Shown: positions 1 through 10,823 of the stretch, piece by piece
Numbering within the stretch: the stretch's first letter is position 1
How the letters are laid out: every line of letters begins with the position of its first letter
The notes under the pieces: model-generated
Seen by the model: only the letters and a program-made list of their open reading frames with translations
Databases searched by the model: none
Told to the model about the DNA's origin: nothing
Made by a program: the position numbers and the translations under genes
Assembly (NCBI GenBank): GCA_049970495.1
Contig: JBMFMV010000003.1
Location: 18,693-82,692 of the forward strand
Direction: 5' to 3'
DNA from: a bacterium
GTDB lineage: Bacteria > DUMJ01
Length of the DNA stretch: 64,000 nt

Positions 1-300
1 TACTCTCTTCAGCATTTACTAAGACTCTACATTAGAAGAAGTATAGATGAAGAGGTAATGGTAACACTAGATATAAATGGATACAGAGCAGAGAAGGAGA
101 GAAAACTTGTATTTTTAGCCAGAAAGGCTGCTTTTAGAGTCAAAAAGACAGGCAAGAGATTTGTTTTTAGACCTATGCCTGCAGCATTAAGAAGAATTAT
201 CCATAAGACATTAGAGAATAATCCAGAAGTTATTACTTACAGTGAGGGAAAAGAGCCGAAGAGGAGGGTTATAGTGGTGTTAAAGCCCAAAAATGGATGA
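1..300 (+). CDS. jag: RNA-binding protein Jag/KhpB/EloR, C-terminal part with R3H domain (5' end outside window)
   Basis: Frame is open from base 1; R3H motif RRIIH...SEGKEPKRRV; directly upstream of mnmE. Confidence 0.9.
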   Translation, partial: YSLQHLLRLYIRRSIDEEVMVTLDINGYRAEKERKLVFLARKAAFRVKKTGKRFVFRPMPAALRRIIHKTLENNPEVITYSEGKEPKRRVIVVLKPKNG

Positions 301-1648
301 TACTATTGTAGCCCTTTCTACTCCTTACGGTGAGTCTGGTATAGGAGTAATAAGGTTAAGCGGGCCTGCGGCTATAGATATTGCCCAAAAGATTTTTAAA
401 ACTAGGAAGAGATTAGAAAATATACCGTCGCATAGAGCTGTTTTAGGACATATTATTAATCCAAAGACAAATGAGAAGTTAGATGAGTGTCTTTTACTTA
501 TTATGAGGGCTCCTCACAGCTATACAGGCGAGGATACAGTTGAATTTTATGTACATGGCAGTCCTGTCTTGGAGGAGCTAGTAATTAAGCTCTTGATAGA
601 ATTAGGAGCAAGACTAGCATCGCCTGGAGAATTTACTAAGAGGGCTTTTCTTAACGGAAAGTTGGATCTATCTAGGGCAGAGGCAATTATAGATATTATA
701 CAGGCTAAAAGTGAAATTGGTCTTAAGTCTTCTTACATACAGCTTCAAGGGAAATTGAGTAGTGAGATTAAACCGATTATGGAGGTGTTAAAGGGCCTTA
801 TAGCTGAGTTAGAAGCAGGAATAGACTTCCCAGAAGAGGTAGAATTCTCTTATGAGTCTATAGAGGAAAGAATATCAAATATAATAGAAAGGCTTAGTAC
901 TCTTTTAGGTGGTGCATATTTTACTAGACTTTATAGGAAGGGCCTTTATTGTCCGATAGTTGGAAGGCCAAATGTAGGAAAATCTAGTCTCTTGAATATC
1001 TTATTAGGAGAGGAGAGGGCTATAGTAACCCCTATACCTGGGACTACAAGAGATACAATAATAGAATCTTTGTCTATAGATGGGATTCCCATTACTCTGG
1101 TCGATACTGCCGGTATTAGGGATACTCAAGATCTAGTAGAGAGTATTGGGGTTAATAGAACCCTATCTTCGATAGAAAATGCGGATATAGTTCTCTGGGT
1201 TGTAGATGTAAGCGAACCATTAAGAGAGGAAGATTTAGAGATAGAGGAGATTACAAGAGGGAAAAAGAGAATTATCGTCTTAAATAAGATAGATCTAGAT
1301 AGTAGAGTAATTTATACTGATAATGTAAAGGATTATGGTCCATTTGTAGAGGTCTCTTGTAAGACAGGAGAAGGAATTGATAAGCTGAGGTTAAAATTAA
1401 AGGAGTTTTTGGGAAACATCCCATCCCCAGAGATTGTGGTTCCTATAAATGCTAGGCATGAAGCACTTATAAAGAGATGTATAAATAGACTTACAAATGC
1501 TCTAGAGGGTATTAAGTCTAAGTTTCCTATAGATGTTATAGCAGGAGAGATTTGGGAGAGTTATAATATATTAGGAGAAATTACAGGTGAGACTGCTAGT
1601 ATTGATATAGTTGAAGAAATCTTTTCTAGATTCTGTGTAGGAAAATGA
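293..1648 (+). CDS. mnmE: tRNA modification GTPase MnmE/TrmE
   Basis: [10 protein letters not shown]-terminus, [24 protein letters not shown]-terminal FCVGK. Confidence 0.97.
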   Translation: MDDTIVALSTPYGESGIGVIRLSGPAAIDIAQKIFKTRKRLENIPSHRAVLGHIINPKTNEKLDECLLLIMRAPHSYTGEDTVEFYVHGSPVLEELVIKLLIELGARLASPGEFTKRAFLNGKLDLSRAEAIIDIIQAKSEIGLKSSYIQLQGKLSSEIKPIMEVLKGLIAELEAGIDFPEEVEFSYESIEERISNIIERLSTLLGGAYFTRLYRKGLYCPIVGRPNVGKSSLLNILLGEERAIVTPIPGTTRDTIIESLSIDGIPITLVDTAGIRDTQDLVESIGVNRTLSSIENADIVLWVVDVSEPLREEDLEIEEITRGKKRIIVLNKIDLDSRVIYTDNVKDYGPFVEVSCKTGEGIDKLRLKLKEFLGNIPSPEIVVPINARHEALIKRCINRLTNALEGIKSKFPIDVIAGEIWESYNILGEITGETASIDIVEEIFSRFCVGK

Positions 1649-3480
1649 AGGTATTTGATGTTATTGTTGTAGGAGCAGGACATGCTGGGATAGAGGCGGC
1701 CCTATCTGCTAATAGATTGGGCTGTAGTGTTCTGCTTTTGACAGGAAATTTAGATACCATAGCTTGGATGCCTTGTAACCCTGCTGTAGGGGGACCAGGA
1801 AAGGGACATCTAGTCAGAGAAGTAGATGCCCTTGGTGGAGAGATAGGCCGGGCTACTGATGCTACTTATATACATATAAGAGTTCTTAACTCTGGAAAGG
1901 GTATAGCGGTAAGGGCTTATAGGGCTCAAGTAGAGAAGAAGTTTTATCATATCTATATGAAAGAGAAGCTTGAGAATACACTAAATCTTATCTTGAGACA
2001 GGCTCAAGTAACAGATATTTTAGTAGAAGGTAAGAGGGTGATAGGGGTAAGAACAAAGACTAATCAAGAATTCTATGGTCAAGCAGTTGTTATAACTACC
2101 GGAACCTTTCTTGGTGGAAGAGTCTTTATTGGCACAGAGGTGTCTTACCCTGCAGGAAGGGCTGGAGAACCACCTAGCGAAGAGCTTACTCAATCTCTCA
2201 GAAATCTTGGTTTTAGAATAGGTAGATTTAAGACTGGAACTCCACCTAGAGTCGATGGAAGGACAGTGGATTTTTCTAAAATGACTGAGCAGCCACCAAG
2301 TGAGGTCCCCTTAAGATTTTCCTATCGAACCGAACTGGCGGAAATTATTGGTAGGAAGCAACTCTCTTGCTGGCTCACCTTTACAACTGAGAAGACTAGG
2401 GAGATAGTACTAAAGAATCTCCATAGAGCACCTATGTATGCAGGGCAGATAACTGGAACGGGAACTAGATATTGTCCGTCCTTTGAGACCAAAGTTGTCC
2501 ATTTTCCACATAGGGAGAGACATCAGGTTTTTATAGAACCTGAAGGCATTCATACCAATGAGATGTATGTACAAGGTATGTATACTAGTCTTCCTGAAGA
2601 GGTTCAAATAGAACTTCTTAGGTCTATCCCTGGGTTAGAAGAGGTCGAGCTGATGAGACCTGGCTATGCTATAGAGTATGATATGGTCTATCCAGATCAA
2701 TTGAAGGAAACTCTTGAGACGAAAAAGATTTCTGGGCTCTTTCTTGCTGGGCAGATAAATGGTACCTCTGGGTATGAAGAGGCAGCAGCTCAAGGACTTA
2801 TAGCGGGTATAAATGCAGCATTTTATGTTCAAAAAAGAGCTCCATTCTATCTTCAAAGAAGTGAGGCTTATATTGGAGTTCTTATAGATGATCTAATAAC
2901 TAAAGGGATTGTAGAACCATACAGGATACTCACCTCAAGGGCAGAGTATCGTCTTGTTCTTATGCAGGATAACGCAGATGAAAGACTTATGGAAAAGGGA
3001 TTTAAGATTGGTCTAATAGATGAGAAGACTTATAAAGAGATGTTAGAGAGAAAGAAACTCGTAGAAGAAGAGATAAAGAGGTTAAGAAAGACAATTATCC
3101 CAGAGCTAAAGGCCTCAGCTTATAATTATTTAAAGAGGCCTGAAGTATCTTATTTGGATGTTATGAAGAAGTTAGGTGAAGAGCCCTTACTCTCTTCTGA
3201 GCTTATAACTAGGCTAGAAGCTAAAGTAAAATATGAGGGGTATATAAAGAGAGAAGAGGAGAGGATTAAGAGGTTTAGTCAGTTAGATGACAAGGTTCTT
3301 CCTGAAGATATAGATTATAGTAGTATTAAGGGGCTCTCACTTGAAGCGCGCGACAGGTTAAATCAAGTTAGACCTAGGACATTGGGCCAGGCTAGTAGAT
3401 TGCAAGGGGTCAGTCCAGCAGATATAGATGTCTTACTCGTATACCTGGAACTTTATAAGAGAGAAGCATCCAAAACTTGA
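1645..3480 (+). CDS. mnmG: tRNA uridine-5-carboxymethylaminomethyl modification enzyme MnmG/GidA
   Basis: [45 protein letters not shown]. Confidence 0.97.
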   Translation: MKVFDVIVVGAGHAGIEAALSANRLGCSVLLLTGNLDTIAWMPCNPAVGGPGKGHLVREVDALGGEIGRATDATYIHIRVLNSGKGIAVRAYRAQVEKKFYHIYMKEKLENTLNLILRQAQVTDILVEGKRVIGVRTKTNQEFYGQAVVITTGTFLGGRVFIGTEVSYPAGRAGEPPSEELTQSLRNLGFRIGRFKTGTPPRVDGRTVDFSKMTEQPPSEVPLRFSYRTELAEIIGRKQLSCWLTFTTEKTREIVLKNLHRAPMYAGQITGTGTRYCPSFETKVVHFPHRERHQVFIEPEGIHTNEMYVQGMYTSLPEEVQIELLRSIPGLEEVELMRPGYAIEYDMVYPDQLKETLETKKISGLFLAGQINGTSGYEEAAAQGLIAGINAAFYVQKRAPFYLQRSEAYIGVLIDDLITKGIVEPYRILTSRAEYRLVLMQDNADERLMEKGFKIGLIDEKTYKEMLERKKLVEEEIKRLRKTIIPELKASAYNYLKRPEVSYLDVMKKLGEEPLLSSELITRLEAKVKYEGYIKREEERIKRFSQLDDKVLPEDIDYSSIKGLSLEARDRLNQVRPRTLGQASRLQGVSPADIDVLLVYLELYKREASKT

Positions 3481-3982
3481 GATGTATCTTGAAGAACTTT
3501 TAAACGCACGAAAGAGTTTTAGCCTCTCTGGTGCAAGAGAAAGAGAAGATTTTATAAAGCTTATAGAGGAATCTTTGGCTCCGCTTTTGATTATAAATGA
3601 TTGGAAAGGTAAGAGGATTATAGATATAGGTTCTGGAGCAGGATTTCCTGGTATACCCTTAGCTATAGTCCAAGAAGATGCTAATTTTTTATTAGTTGAT
3701 ATTTCTGTTAAAAGAACTGCTTTTCTCAATCTAGTTAGATCTAAACTTCAGCTTAGTAATGTAGAAGTATTATGTATGGATGCTAATAAATTAAAAGATG
3801 TTCAGAGGTTTATTGGAGCTTTCGATATAGCTCTCTCGAGAGGGGTAGGGGAAATCGACTACCTTAGGTCTATTATTTTCCCTTTACTAAAAACCGGTGG
3901 GACGATGATATTATTTAAGTCAAAGGGAGAAGGATACAGGGTTAAACCTGGTCTAGTCTTACTAAAAGAGGAGAAATCATGA
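3428..3982 (+). CDS. rsmG: 16S rRNA m7G527 methyltransferase RsmG/GidB (short; true start may be ATG 3482)
   Basis: [16 protein letters not shown] motif; follows mnmG. Confidence 0.88.
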   Translation: MSYSYTWNFIREKHPKLEMYLEELLNARKSFSLSGAREREDFIKLIEESLAPLLIINDWKGKRIIDIGSGAGFPGIPLAIVQEDANFLLVDISVKRTAFLNLVRSKLQLSNVEVLCMDANKLKDVQRFIGAFDIALSRGVGEIDYLRSIIFPLLKTGGTMILFKSKGEGYRVKPGLVLLKEEKS

Positions 3983-4350
3983 ATGAGATAATTCTATTTA
4001 CTATTGGTGCATTAATAGTAGTAAACATAGCACTTATTATAGTGGTTATCATTTTAAGAGCTAATATAAAAAGGGTTGAGGAGAAACAAAAGGGAGAATT
4101 AATCTTATCTTCTCTCTCTATTGGTGGAGCTAGATATGATGCTTTTCCTGGTATGTCTGGTAAGCTTAGCTTTTCTTTGGCCTTTATGGCTGGAGATAAG
4201 GGGATTATACTTACATCTATACATACCAGAGAACAATCTTATCTGTATCTTAAACCCTACTCGAAGGACAAAAACAATAACCTTACGGAAGAAGAGAAGA
4301 AAGCGGTAGAAATTGCGTTAAAAGAAGGTTATTCTATAAAAGACATATAG
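3979..4350 (+). CDS. DUF4446-like membrane-anchored protein
   Basis: N-terminal TM helix; RYDAF..MSGKLSFSLA...GIILTSIHTREQSYLYLKP pattern; usual position after the gid cluster. Confidence 0.75.
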   Translation: MNEIILFTIGALIVVNIALIIVVIILRANIKRVEEKQKGELILSSLSIGGARYDAFPGMSGKLSFSLAFMAGDKGIILTSIHTREQSYLYLKPYSKDKNNNLTEEEKKAVEIALKEGYSIKDI

Positions 4351-4360
4351 GGAGGCTAGA

Positions 4361-5191
4361 ATGGATACTGACAGGTGGGAATATACAAAGATATTTATTA
4401 CCGCGCTAATTGCGGTAATAGTAGTTCTCTCTTGTTATCTATACAAGAGTAAATTTTATATAGTTAAACTTGAAAATGAGCTCTCTTTAGCTCATGTTAA
4501 GATTCAAGACCTAAGAAAACTCGAAGATATAAATAATAGACAAAGGGCTGAGATTGCTAGGTTAAATAGTGAGGCTGAAAAGCTTAGGAGTAAAGTAGAA
4601 GATTTAGAGACCCTGAGTAAACAGGTCCAGGCTTTAACAGAAAAGACTTTAAAGATAGACCTCTCTTATAAGAAAAGTAGAAGGGTTTATTCTTCTAGAG
4701 GAGCAGATGTTACACTAGAGGAAATATATAAAAAATTTAATAGGCTGAGTAATAGTATAGAGGTCCAAAAAGATAATCTAAATCAGGTTAGATCTCAGTT
4801 GGAAATCTTGTATGAATGGAAGTTTTCTGTCCCCAGCGGTTATCCTGTCTTTGGCCCAATATCCTCTGGTTTTGGATTTAGAGGAAGGGAGTTTCATACT
4901 GGTATAGATATACGTACAGGCATAGGAACTTTGGTAAAGGCTACGGCAAATGGAATTGTTTCCTATGCAGGATGGAGAAGTGGTTACGGGCTTACAGTAG
5001 CTGTGAGACATAACTTTGGATTTAGCACTATTTATGCTCACTTGTCTAAAATATTAGTGAATGTAGGGAAAAGGATTGAGAGGGGGGATATTATAGGCTA
5101 TACTGGTATGACTGGATATACTACTGGTCCACACTTACACTATGAAGTAAGAATAAATGATAAGCCTGTAGATCCGAGAGATTATTTATAA
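4361..5191 (+). CDS. M23 family peptidoglycan endopeptidase with TM anchor and coiled coil
   Basis: HTGID, YAHL and TGPHLHYEV zinc motifs. Confidence 0.9.
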   Translation: MDTDRWEYTKIFITALIAVIVVLSCYLYKSKFYIVKLENELSLAHVKIQDLRKLEDINNRQRAEIARLNSEAEKLRSKVEDLETLSKQVQALTEKTLKIDLSYKKSRRVYSSRGADVTLEEIYKKFNRLSNSIEVQKDNLNQVRSQLEILYEWKFSVPSGYPVFGPISSGFGFRGREFHTGIDIRTGIGTLVKATANGIVSYAGWRSGYGLTVAVRHNFGFSTIYAHLSKILVNVGKRIERGDIIGYTGMTGYTTGPHLHYEVRINDKPVDPRDYL

Positions 5192-5202
5192 GGAGGGATA
5201 AG

Positions 5203-6255
5203 ATGACTAGTAGGGAAAGGGTAAGGATGGCTTTGGAGCATAAAGAACCTGATAGAGTTCCTATCCATGATAGTATTTGGGGTGCTACTGTAAGTAGGTG
5301 GCATAAGGAGGGATTACCAGAGGAGATCCCTGTCTCGGAATATTTTGATTTTGAGATAGTTGGTTTTGGTGCTGACCTTTCCCCTAGGTTTCCGGTAAAG
5401 GTCTTGGAAAGAAATGAGACTTATATAGTTGAAACTACCCCTTATGGAGGGATAAGAAAAAACTTTAGGGATTATTCCACCACACCTGAGATAATAGACT
5501 GGCCTATAAAATCTAAAGAGGATTGGTATAAGATAAAGGATAGATTACAGCCAGATATAACTAGGGTAGATTGGGTCTCATCTCTGAATGCCTATAATAG
5601 AGCCTATGAGGATGGGAAGTTCATCACCTACAGTGCAGCTATGGGGTATGATCAATTCCAGTCTTATATAAAGACTGAAGAATTACTTATTCTTCTTATA
5701 GAAGATCCCGAATGGGCTATAGATATGTTTAGGACACATGCTATATTACTTATTGAGATGGCAAAGATTATGATGGAGCATGGATTTAAGTTCGATGGAG
5801 CTTTTCTGTACAATGATATGGGTTATAGGAATGGGCCTCTATTTTCTCCTAAGACATATCAAAAGGTCCTACAAGAGACTGATGCTATGATCTGTGAGTT
5901 TTTCCATAGGCATAATATGCCTGTTATACTCCATTCCTGTGGTAATGTGAAGGAATTAATCCCATATCTAATAGAAGCGGGATTTGATTGTCTCCAGCCA
6001 TTAGAGGTAAAAGCAGGAATGGACTTACTAGAGCTTAAACCGAAATATGGAGATAAGATTGCCTTTATGGGGGGGATAGATGTAAGGAAGATGACAGACC
6101 CAGTTGCTATAGAGGAAGAAATAAGTAAGAAGTTTGAAGTTGCCAAAAAAGGTGGAGGCTATATATATCATAGCGATCACTCTATTCCTAAGAATATAAG
6201 TTTTGAAGACTATAGGCGTGTAATAGAGCTAGTTAAGAAATATGGTAAATACTAA
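5203..6255 (+). CDS. Uroporphyrinogen decarboxylase / MtaA-CmuA methyltransferase family protein
   Basis: MTSRERV..AL.HKEPDRVP start, DMGY..GPLFSP, LHSCG, GGYIYHSDHSIP. Confidence 0.8.
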   Translation: MTSRERVRMALEHKEPDRVPIHDSIWGATVSRWHKEGLPEEIPVSEYFDFEIVGFGADLSPRFPVKVLERNETYIVETTPYGGIRKNFRDYSTTPEIIDWPIKSKEDWYKIKDRLQPDITRVDWVSSLNAYNRAYEDGKFITYSAAMGYDQFQSYIKTEELLILLIEDPEWAIDMFRTHAILLIEMAKIMMEHGFKFDGAFLYNDMGYRNGPLFSPKTYQKVLQETDAMICEFFHRHNMPVILHSCGNVKELIPYLIEAGFDCLQPLEVKAGMDLLELKPKYGDKIAFMGGIDVRKMTDPVAIEEEISKKFEVAKKGGGYIYHSDHSIPKNISFEDYRRVIELVKKYGKY

Positions 6256-7895
6256 ATAATCCCTATAATTTCTCCATCGTCATTTACATCAATCTTAACA
6301 GCTGATGGAGATTTTGGTAAGCCAGGCATCGTCAATATAGAACCTGTGTAGGCCACTATAAAGCCAGCCCCTAGAGATACTTTTAACCTTTGGACATTTA
6401 TATAGAACCCCTTAGGTCTCCCTAGTTTTTTAGGATCGTCACTTAATGAGTATTGTGTCTTAGCCATACATATGGGAAGGTTTGTAAATCCCCATTTGTA
6501 TATCTTATTAAGATCATTCTGTGCCTCGTTACTGAAATTTACACCTTCTGCGCCGTAAACTAGTTTAGCTATCTTTTCTATCTTTTCTTCATATGAGTCT
6601 TCTAACTTATACAAGAAATTAAAAGAATTAGAGTCATTAGCAACTGAATCTAATACTTCATTAGCCAGTTCTAAGGCTCCCTCTCCCCCAACTTCGTAGA
6701 CATTAGAAACAGCAAACCTTACATCTATCTCTTTTAACTTACTTTTTAGAAATTCCAATTCTTTGTCAGTATCTGATGAGAATCTATTTATTGCCACAAC
6801 TACCGGAACCTTAAAGACATTTCTTAATACCTCCATATGGTGAAATAGATTAGGCAGCCCCCTTTCTATTGCTTCTGTGTTTTCATTTTCTGCCCCTTTT
6901 TGACTTCCCAATCCATGATACTTTAAGGACCTTATAGAAGTTACTAGTACTACCGAATCTGGATGAAAATTTCCTACCCTACACTTTATATCGAAAAATT
7001 TTTCTCCACCTAGATCTACCCCAAAACCTGCTTCAGTTACTATATAATCTGCAAGAAGGGTAGCAAGAGTAGTTGCTATTATAGAGTTGCAGCCATGAGC
7101 AATATTTCCAAAAGGTCCACAATGTATAAATGCAGGAGTTCCTTCCAATGTTTGAACCAAATTGGGAGAGAGTGCGTTTTTCAATAAAGCAGTCATTGCT
7201 CCTTCTACCTTTAAGTCTTTACTTAAGACAGGTTTATCCTCCTTATTTACCCCAATTACTATATTACCTAGCCTTTCTTTTAAGTCCCTTATATTTTTTG
7301 CCATAGATAATATCGCCATAATTTCAGAAGCCGCTGTTATCTCAAAACCATCCTCTCTAGGTATTCCATTACTTTTTCCTCCAAGCCCGCTTACTATAAA
7401 TCTTAATTGCCTGTCATTCATATCTACACATCTTTTCCAATATATCTGTAAGGGGTCTATATCTAGCTCGTTTCCATGATAGATATGGTTGTCTATCACG
7501 GCTGATAGAAGATTATGAGCAGAAGATACTGCATGTATGTCTCCAGTAAAGTGTAAGTTTATGTCTAAATCTGGAAAGACCTTAGCCCTTCCTCCTCCAA
7601 CAGCCCCTCCTTTAACTCCAAATATGGGACCTAGGGATGGTTCTCTTAGACAGATTATAGTCTTCTTACCTAGCCTTGATAGTGCGTCTCCTAGACCTAT
7701 AGTCGTAGTAGTTTTCCCTTCACCTTTGGGTGTAGGATTAATAGATGTCACAAGTATAAGTTTTCCCCTTTTTCTATCTTCTAGTTTATGGATAAGTTTC
7801 CAGTCAACTTTGCAGATATACCATCCATAGGGATAGTATTCATCCCTTTTTATCCCTAAAGACTCCGTTAACTCCTCAATCCTTTTTATAGACAT
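6252..7895 (-). CDS. fhs: Formate--tetrahydrofolate ligase
   Basis: TPKGEGKTTT, LREPSLGP, GVKGGAVGGG, HFTGDIHA, MAKTQYSLSDDP, MPGLP. Confidence 0.97.
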   Translation of the reverse strand: MSIKRIEELTESLGIKRDEYYPYGWYICKVDWKLIHKLEDRKRGKLILVTSINPTPKGEGKTTTTIGLGDALSRLGKKTIICLREPSLGPIFGVKGGAVGGGRAKVFPDLDINLHFTGDIHAVSSAHNLLSAVIDNHIYHGNELDIDPLQIYWKRCVDMNDRQLRFIVSGLGGKSNGIPREDGFEITAASEIMAILSMAKNIRDLKERLGNIVIGVNKEDKPVLSKDLKVEGAMTALLKNALSPNLVQTLEGTPAFIHCGPFGNIAHGCNSIIATTLATLLADYIVTEAGFGVDLGGEKFFDIKCRVGNFHPDSVVLVTSIRSLKYHGLGSQKGAENENTEAIERGLPNLFHHMEVLRNVFKVPVVVAINRFSSDTDKELEFLKSKLKEIDVRFAVSNVYEVGGEGALELANEVLDSVANDSNSFNFLYKLEDSYEEKIEKIAKLVYGAEGVNFSNEAQNDLNKIYKWGFTNLPICMAKTQYSLSDDPKKLGRPKGFYINVQRLKVSLGAGFIVAYTGSILTMPGLPKSPSAVKIDVNDDGEIIGII

Positions 7896-7972
7896 TTGTT
7901 GTCAAGTCCCTCCTATGGTATACGTATTTCATGTAAGTATTTGAATTATAATATCATATTGAGGTCCACCAT

Positions 7973-8000
7973 GGAATAAAGTGCTACTATCTTACGTCTA
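7973..8000 (+). promoter_or_regulatory. Putative ECF-sigma promoter (GGAATA-N16-CGTCTA) for the Spy/CpxP-like gene
   Basis: GGAATA 7973-7978 and CGTCTA 7995-8000, about 40 bp upstream of the ATG. Confidence 0.45.
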
Positions 8001-8042
8001 CTTTTTTGAGAAAAGTAATAAAAGAGAAGGAGGTGATTTAGT

Positions 8043-8543
8043 ATGAAAAGGGTTTTAGCCTTAGTCTTGAGCCTAGCTTTACTATTAGGGACAGTACAGG
8101 TTGCCTTTACTAAGCCTCTACCCTCTAGAAGGATACCTATTATAGCAGGTCCATTTAGGTGTGATATTGTGGAGATTTCACCATGGGGGCAGAATTTAAT
8201 AAAGTATTTAAACCTTACCGATGAGCAGATAAATAAGATCAAAGAGTTGAGAGATAGGTACTATGGGAAGCTAAAAGACCTATGGAATAAACTACAGGAC
8301 GCGGTATTTTCACTTAGGCAACTACAATTCCAAAGGCAACCTGATAAGACTCAGATAGAGGAGAAGAGGAAAGAGATAAGTAATATTAGAAAAGAGATTA
8401 ATAATACACTTAAAGATTACTGGAATGAGTTTAAAGGGATACTTACCAAGGAGCAATTGTCTAAGCTAACAGAAAGAAAATTTACACCTCCATTTAGAAT
8501 TAAAAGGACTCCTTGGAGATGTAGTCCTTTTTTTAGATGGTAA
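8043..8543 (+). CDS. Secreted Spy/CpxP/ZraP-like periplasmic chaperone
   Basis: Signal peptide; LNLTDEQ and ILTKEQ (LTxxQ) motifs flanking a helical core. Confidence 0.8.
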   Translation: MKRVLALVLSLALLLGTVQVAFTKPLPSRRIPIIAGPFRCDIVEISPWGQNLIKYLNLTDEQINKIKELRDRYYGKLKDLWNKLQDAVFSLRQLQFQRQPDKTQIEEKRKEISNIRKEINNTLKDYWNEFKGILTKEQLSKLTERKFTPPFRIKRTPWRCSPFFRW

Positions 8544-8581
8544 AAAGGACTTAGGGTCTTAGGGGATAACCTAAGACCCTA
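8523..8581. terminator. Two adjacent hairpins at the convergent spy/hypF junction, probably a bidirectional terminator
   Basis: AGTCCTTTTT(8523-32)/AAAAAGGACT(8542-51) and TAGGGTCTTAGG(8552-63)/CCTAAGACCCTA(8570-81). Confidence 0.6.
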
Positions 8582-10823
8582 CCCTTCCTCCAATTATTGC
8601 CTGCCCTAGAGATAGTCCTCCGTCATTGCAGGGAACCTGATGGTGAGTGTAGATTTTAAATTTTTTCTCTCTTAGGTAATTGATAGTTTTTCTTAAGAGT
8701 CTTCTATTCTGAAAACATCCTCCACTTAAGACTACAGTGTCTATTTTGGTCTCTTCTCTTATTGCTAGAGCTATATCTAACACTATTTTAGATATAGTAT
8801 TGTGGAATTTAGCAGAGATAAGACTCATAGGAACCATATCTATGTCATTTATAATCTCTTCAAGCAAGTTCTTGAGTTTTATAATATAGGTGTTATTCTC
8901 CTCTTTTACCTCAAAACTATAGTGATCATCAACTTCTATATCTTTACTTACCATTTCTAACTCTATAGCGGGTTGACCTTCGTAGCTTGTTTCTTTACAA
9001 ATATTTAATAGACTAGAAATTACATCAAACAACCGCCCCATAGAAGATGTAAGTGGAGTATTTATCCCTTTATCTATCTGCTCCTTTATGGCTCTTATCT
9101 CTGTCTCTGATATACCTTTTAAAAAGGGTAGATTGGGAATATCTCCAAATAGCTTAAAGAGATAACCTATGGCAAGCCTATAAGGTCTCCTTATTGCTAA
9201 TTCACCTCCAGGTAATGGGAGATATTCTAAATGTGCCTTTCTAATAAAACCATCATAATCTACTACTAAGATTTCCCCTCCCCATACATTACCATCTAGA
9301 CCATATCCAGAGCCATCAAAGGCTATCCCTATAACGGGCTTGGTAACATTATTCTCACCCATGCAACTTACAATATGAGCATGGTGGTGTTGAACTCTTA
9401 TTAGTGGTATGGTTCCTTCAAACTGTAGGGCATATTTAGTCGATAGATATTCAGGATGCATATCACAGACTACTATCTCAGGTTCTATTCTAAAAAGTCT
9501 TTTATATAAATCTATTGTACTTGTAAAATGTTCTAGGGTTTCTATGTTCTCTAGATCGCCAATATGTTGGCTGATAAACGCATAATTATCCTTGGTAAGG
9601 CAGAAGGTATTCTTTAATTCTCCTCCGCATGCCAAAACCTGTTTCATCTTAAATGGAATTTTTACTGGTGATGGCGCATAACCCCTTGCCCTTCTTATCA
9701 AATACGGTTTTTCTTCAAAGACAGAGGCTACACTATCATCATAGCGTGAGTATATATCTCTGTCATTTAGAAGAAAGTAATCTGATATACCCTTTAGTCT
9801 ATTTAAGGCTTCTTCATTATCCTGACATATAGGTTCTTCACTTAGATTTCCACTTGTCATTACAAGTGGTCTATCAATCTCTTTAAAGAGTATATGATGT
9901 AAAGGTGTATATGGAAGCATTATACCAAGATAATTATTATTGGGAGCGACATTTTTTGATATGTTGCCAAGGTCCTTTATCCTAAGTAACACTATTGGGG
10001 CTTGAGGGGATTTTAGAAGTTCTTCTTCTTTTGGTGTGATATAGCAGTACTTTTTTATCGTATCTAAATCTTTCATCATAAGAGCAAAAGGTTTATTCCC
10101 TCTTCTTTTCCTCTCTCTTAAAAGGCTTACTACCTTATCATTTGTAGCGTCACATGCTAAATGAAACCCTCCAAGTCCCTTTATTGCTATAATGAAACCC
10201 TCTTTTAAAAGTCTGGCAGTTTCCTTTATAGGGTCTTCGGACTCTAGTCCTTCTATCCATAACTTGGGGCCGCAGATAGGACAGGCATTAGGTTGCGCAT
10301 GAAATCTTCTATCTAAAGGATCATTATACTCCCTTTCACAGTCTTTACACATCTTAAATTTTTCCATTGTGGTATTCTTTCTGTCGTAAGGGATGTCCTT
10401 TATAATAGTGAACCTTGGTCCACAGTTTGTGCAGTTTATAAATGGATATCTATAGCGTCTATCTTTAGGGTCAAATAGTTCCTCAAGACAGTCTTGGCAT
10501 ACTGCTATATCTGATGAGATAAGCTGATACCCTATGTCTTCTTTACTCTCTTTAATAAAGAAGTCTTTATAGTTATTTAAGATTGAATCCTCTATCTCTA
10601 TGTTCTCTATCCTAGCGATAGGTGGGGCTTTCTTCCTAATGTTAGATATAAATCTTTCTACATCACTATCTTCTCCCTCTATTTCTATCTCTACAGAGCT
10701 AGAGGTATTTAACACCCATCCCTTTAGGTTGTGTTCTTTTGCTAATCTATATATAAATGGTCTGAAACCTACCCCTTGGACAACTCCGAAGATCCGTATC
10801 CTTTTACTTATAAGAGTTTTCAC
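8571..10823 (-). CDS. hypF: Hydrogenase maturation carbamoyltransferase HypF
   Basis: Acylphosphatase GVVQGVGFRPF, zinc fingers CQDC/CTNCGPR/CKDC/CPICGP, QHHHAH, PCNDGGLSLGQ. Confidence 0.97.
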   Translation of the reverse strand: MKTLISKRIRIFGVVQGVGFRPFIYRLAKEHNLKGWVLNTSSSVEIEIEGEDSDVERFISNIRKKAPPIARIENIEIEDSILNNYKDFFIKESKEDIGYQLISSDIAVCQDCLEELFDPKDRRYRYPFINCTNCGPRFTIIKDIPYDRKNTTMEKFKMCKDCEREYNDPLDRRFHAQPNACPICGPKLWIEGLESEDPIKETARLLKEGFIIAIKGLGGFHLACDATNDKVVSLLRERKRRGNKPFALMMKDLDTIKKYCYITPKEEELLKSPQAPIVLLRIKDLGNISKNVAPNNNYLGIMLPYTPLHHILFKEIDRPLVMTSGNLSEEPICQDNEEALNRLKGISDYFLLNDRDIYSRYDDSVASVFEEKPYLIRRARGYAPSPVKIPFKMKQVLACGGELKNTFCLTKDNYAFISQHIGDLENIETLEHFTSTIDLYKRLFRIEPEIVVCDMHPEYLSTKYALQFEGTIPLIRVQHHHAHIVSCMGENNVTKPVIGIAFDGSGYGLDGNVWGGEILVVDYDGFIRKAHLEYLPLPGGELAIRRPYRLAIGYLFKLFGDIPNLPFLKGISETEIRAIKEQIDKGINTPLTSSMGRLFDVISSLLNICKETSYEGQPAIELEMVSKDIEVDDHYSFEVKEENNTYIIKLKNLLEEIINDIDMVPMSLISAKFHNTISKIVLDIALAIREETKIDTVVLSGGCFQNRRLLRKTINYLREKKFKIYTHHQVPCNDGGLSLGQAIIGGRVGS

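Noticed and set aside
7896..8042. THF or ZTP riboswitch upstream of fhs
   Set aside because: Short AT-rich divergent region with no recognisable aptamer stems
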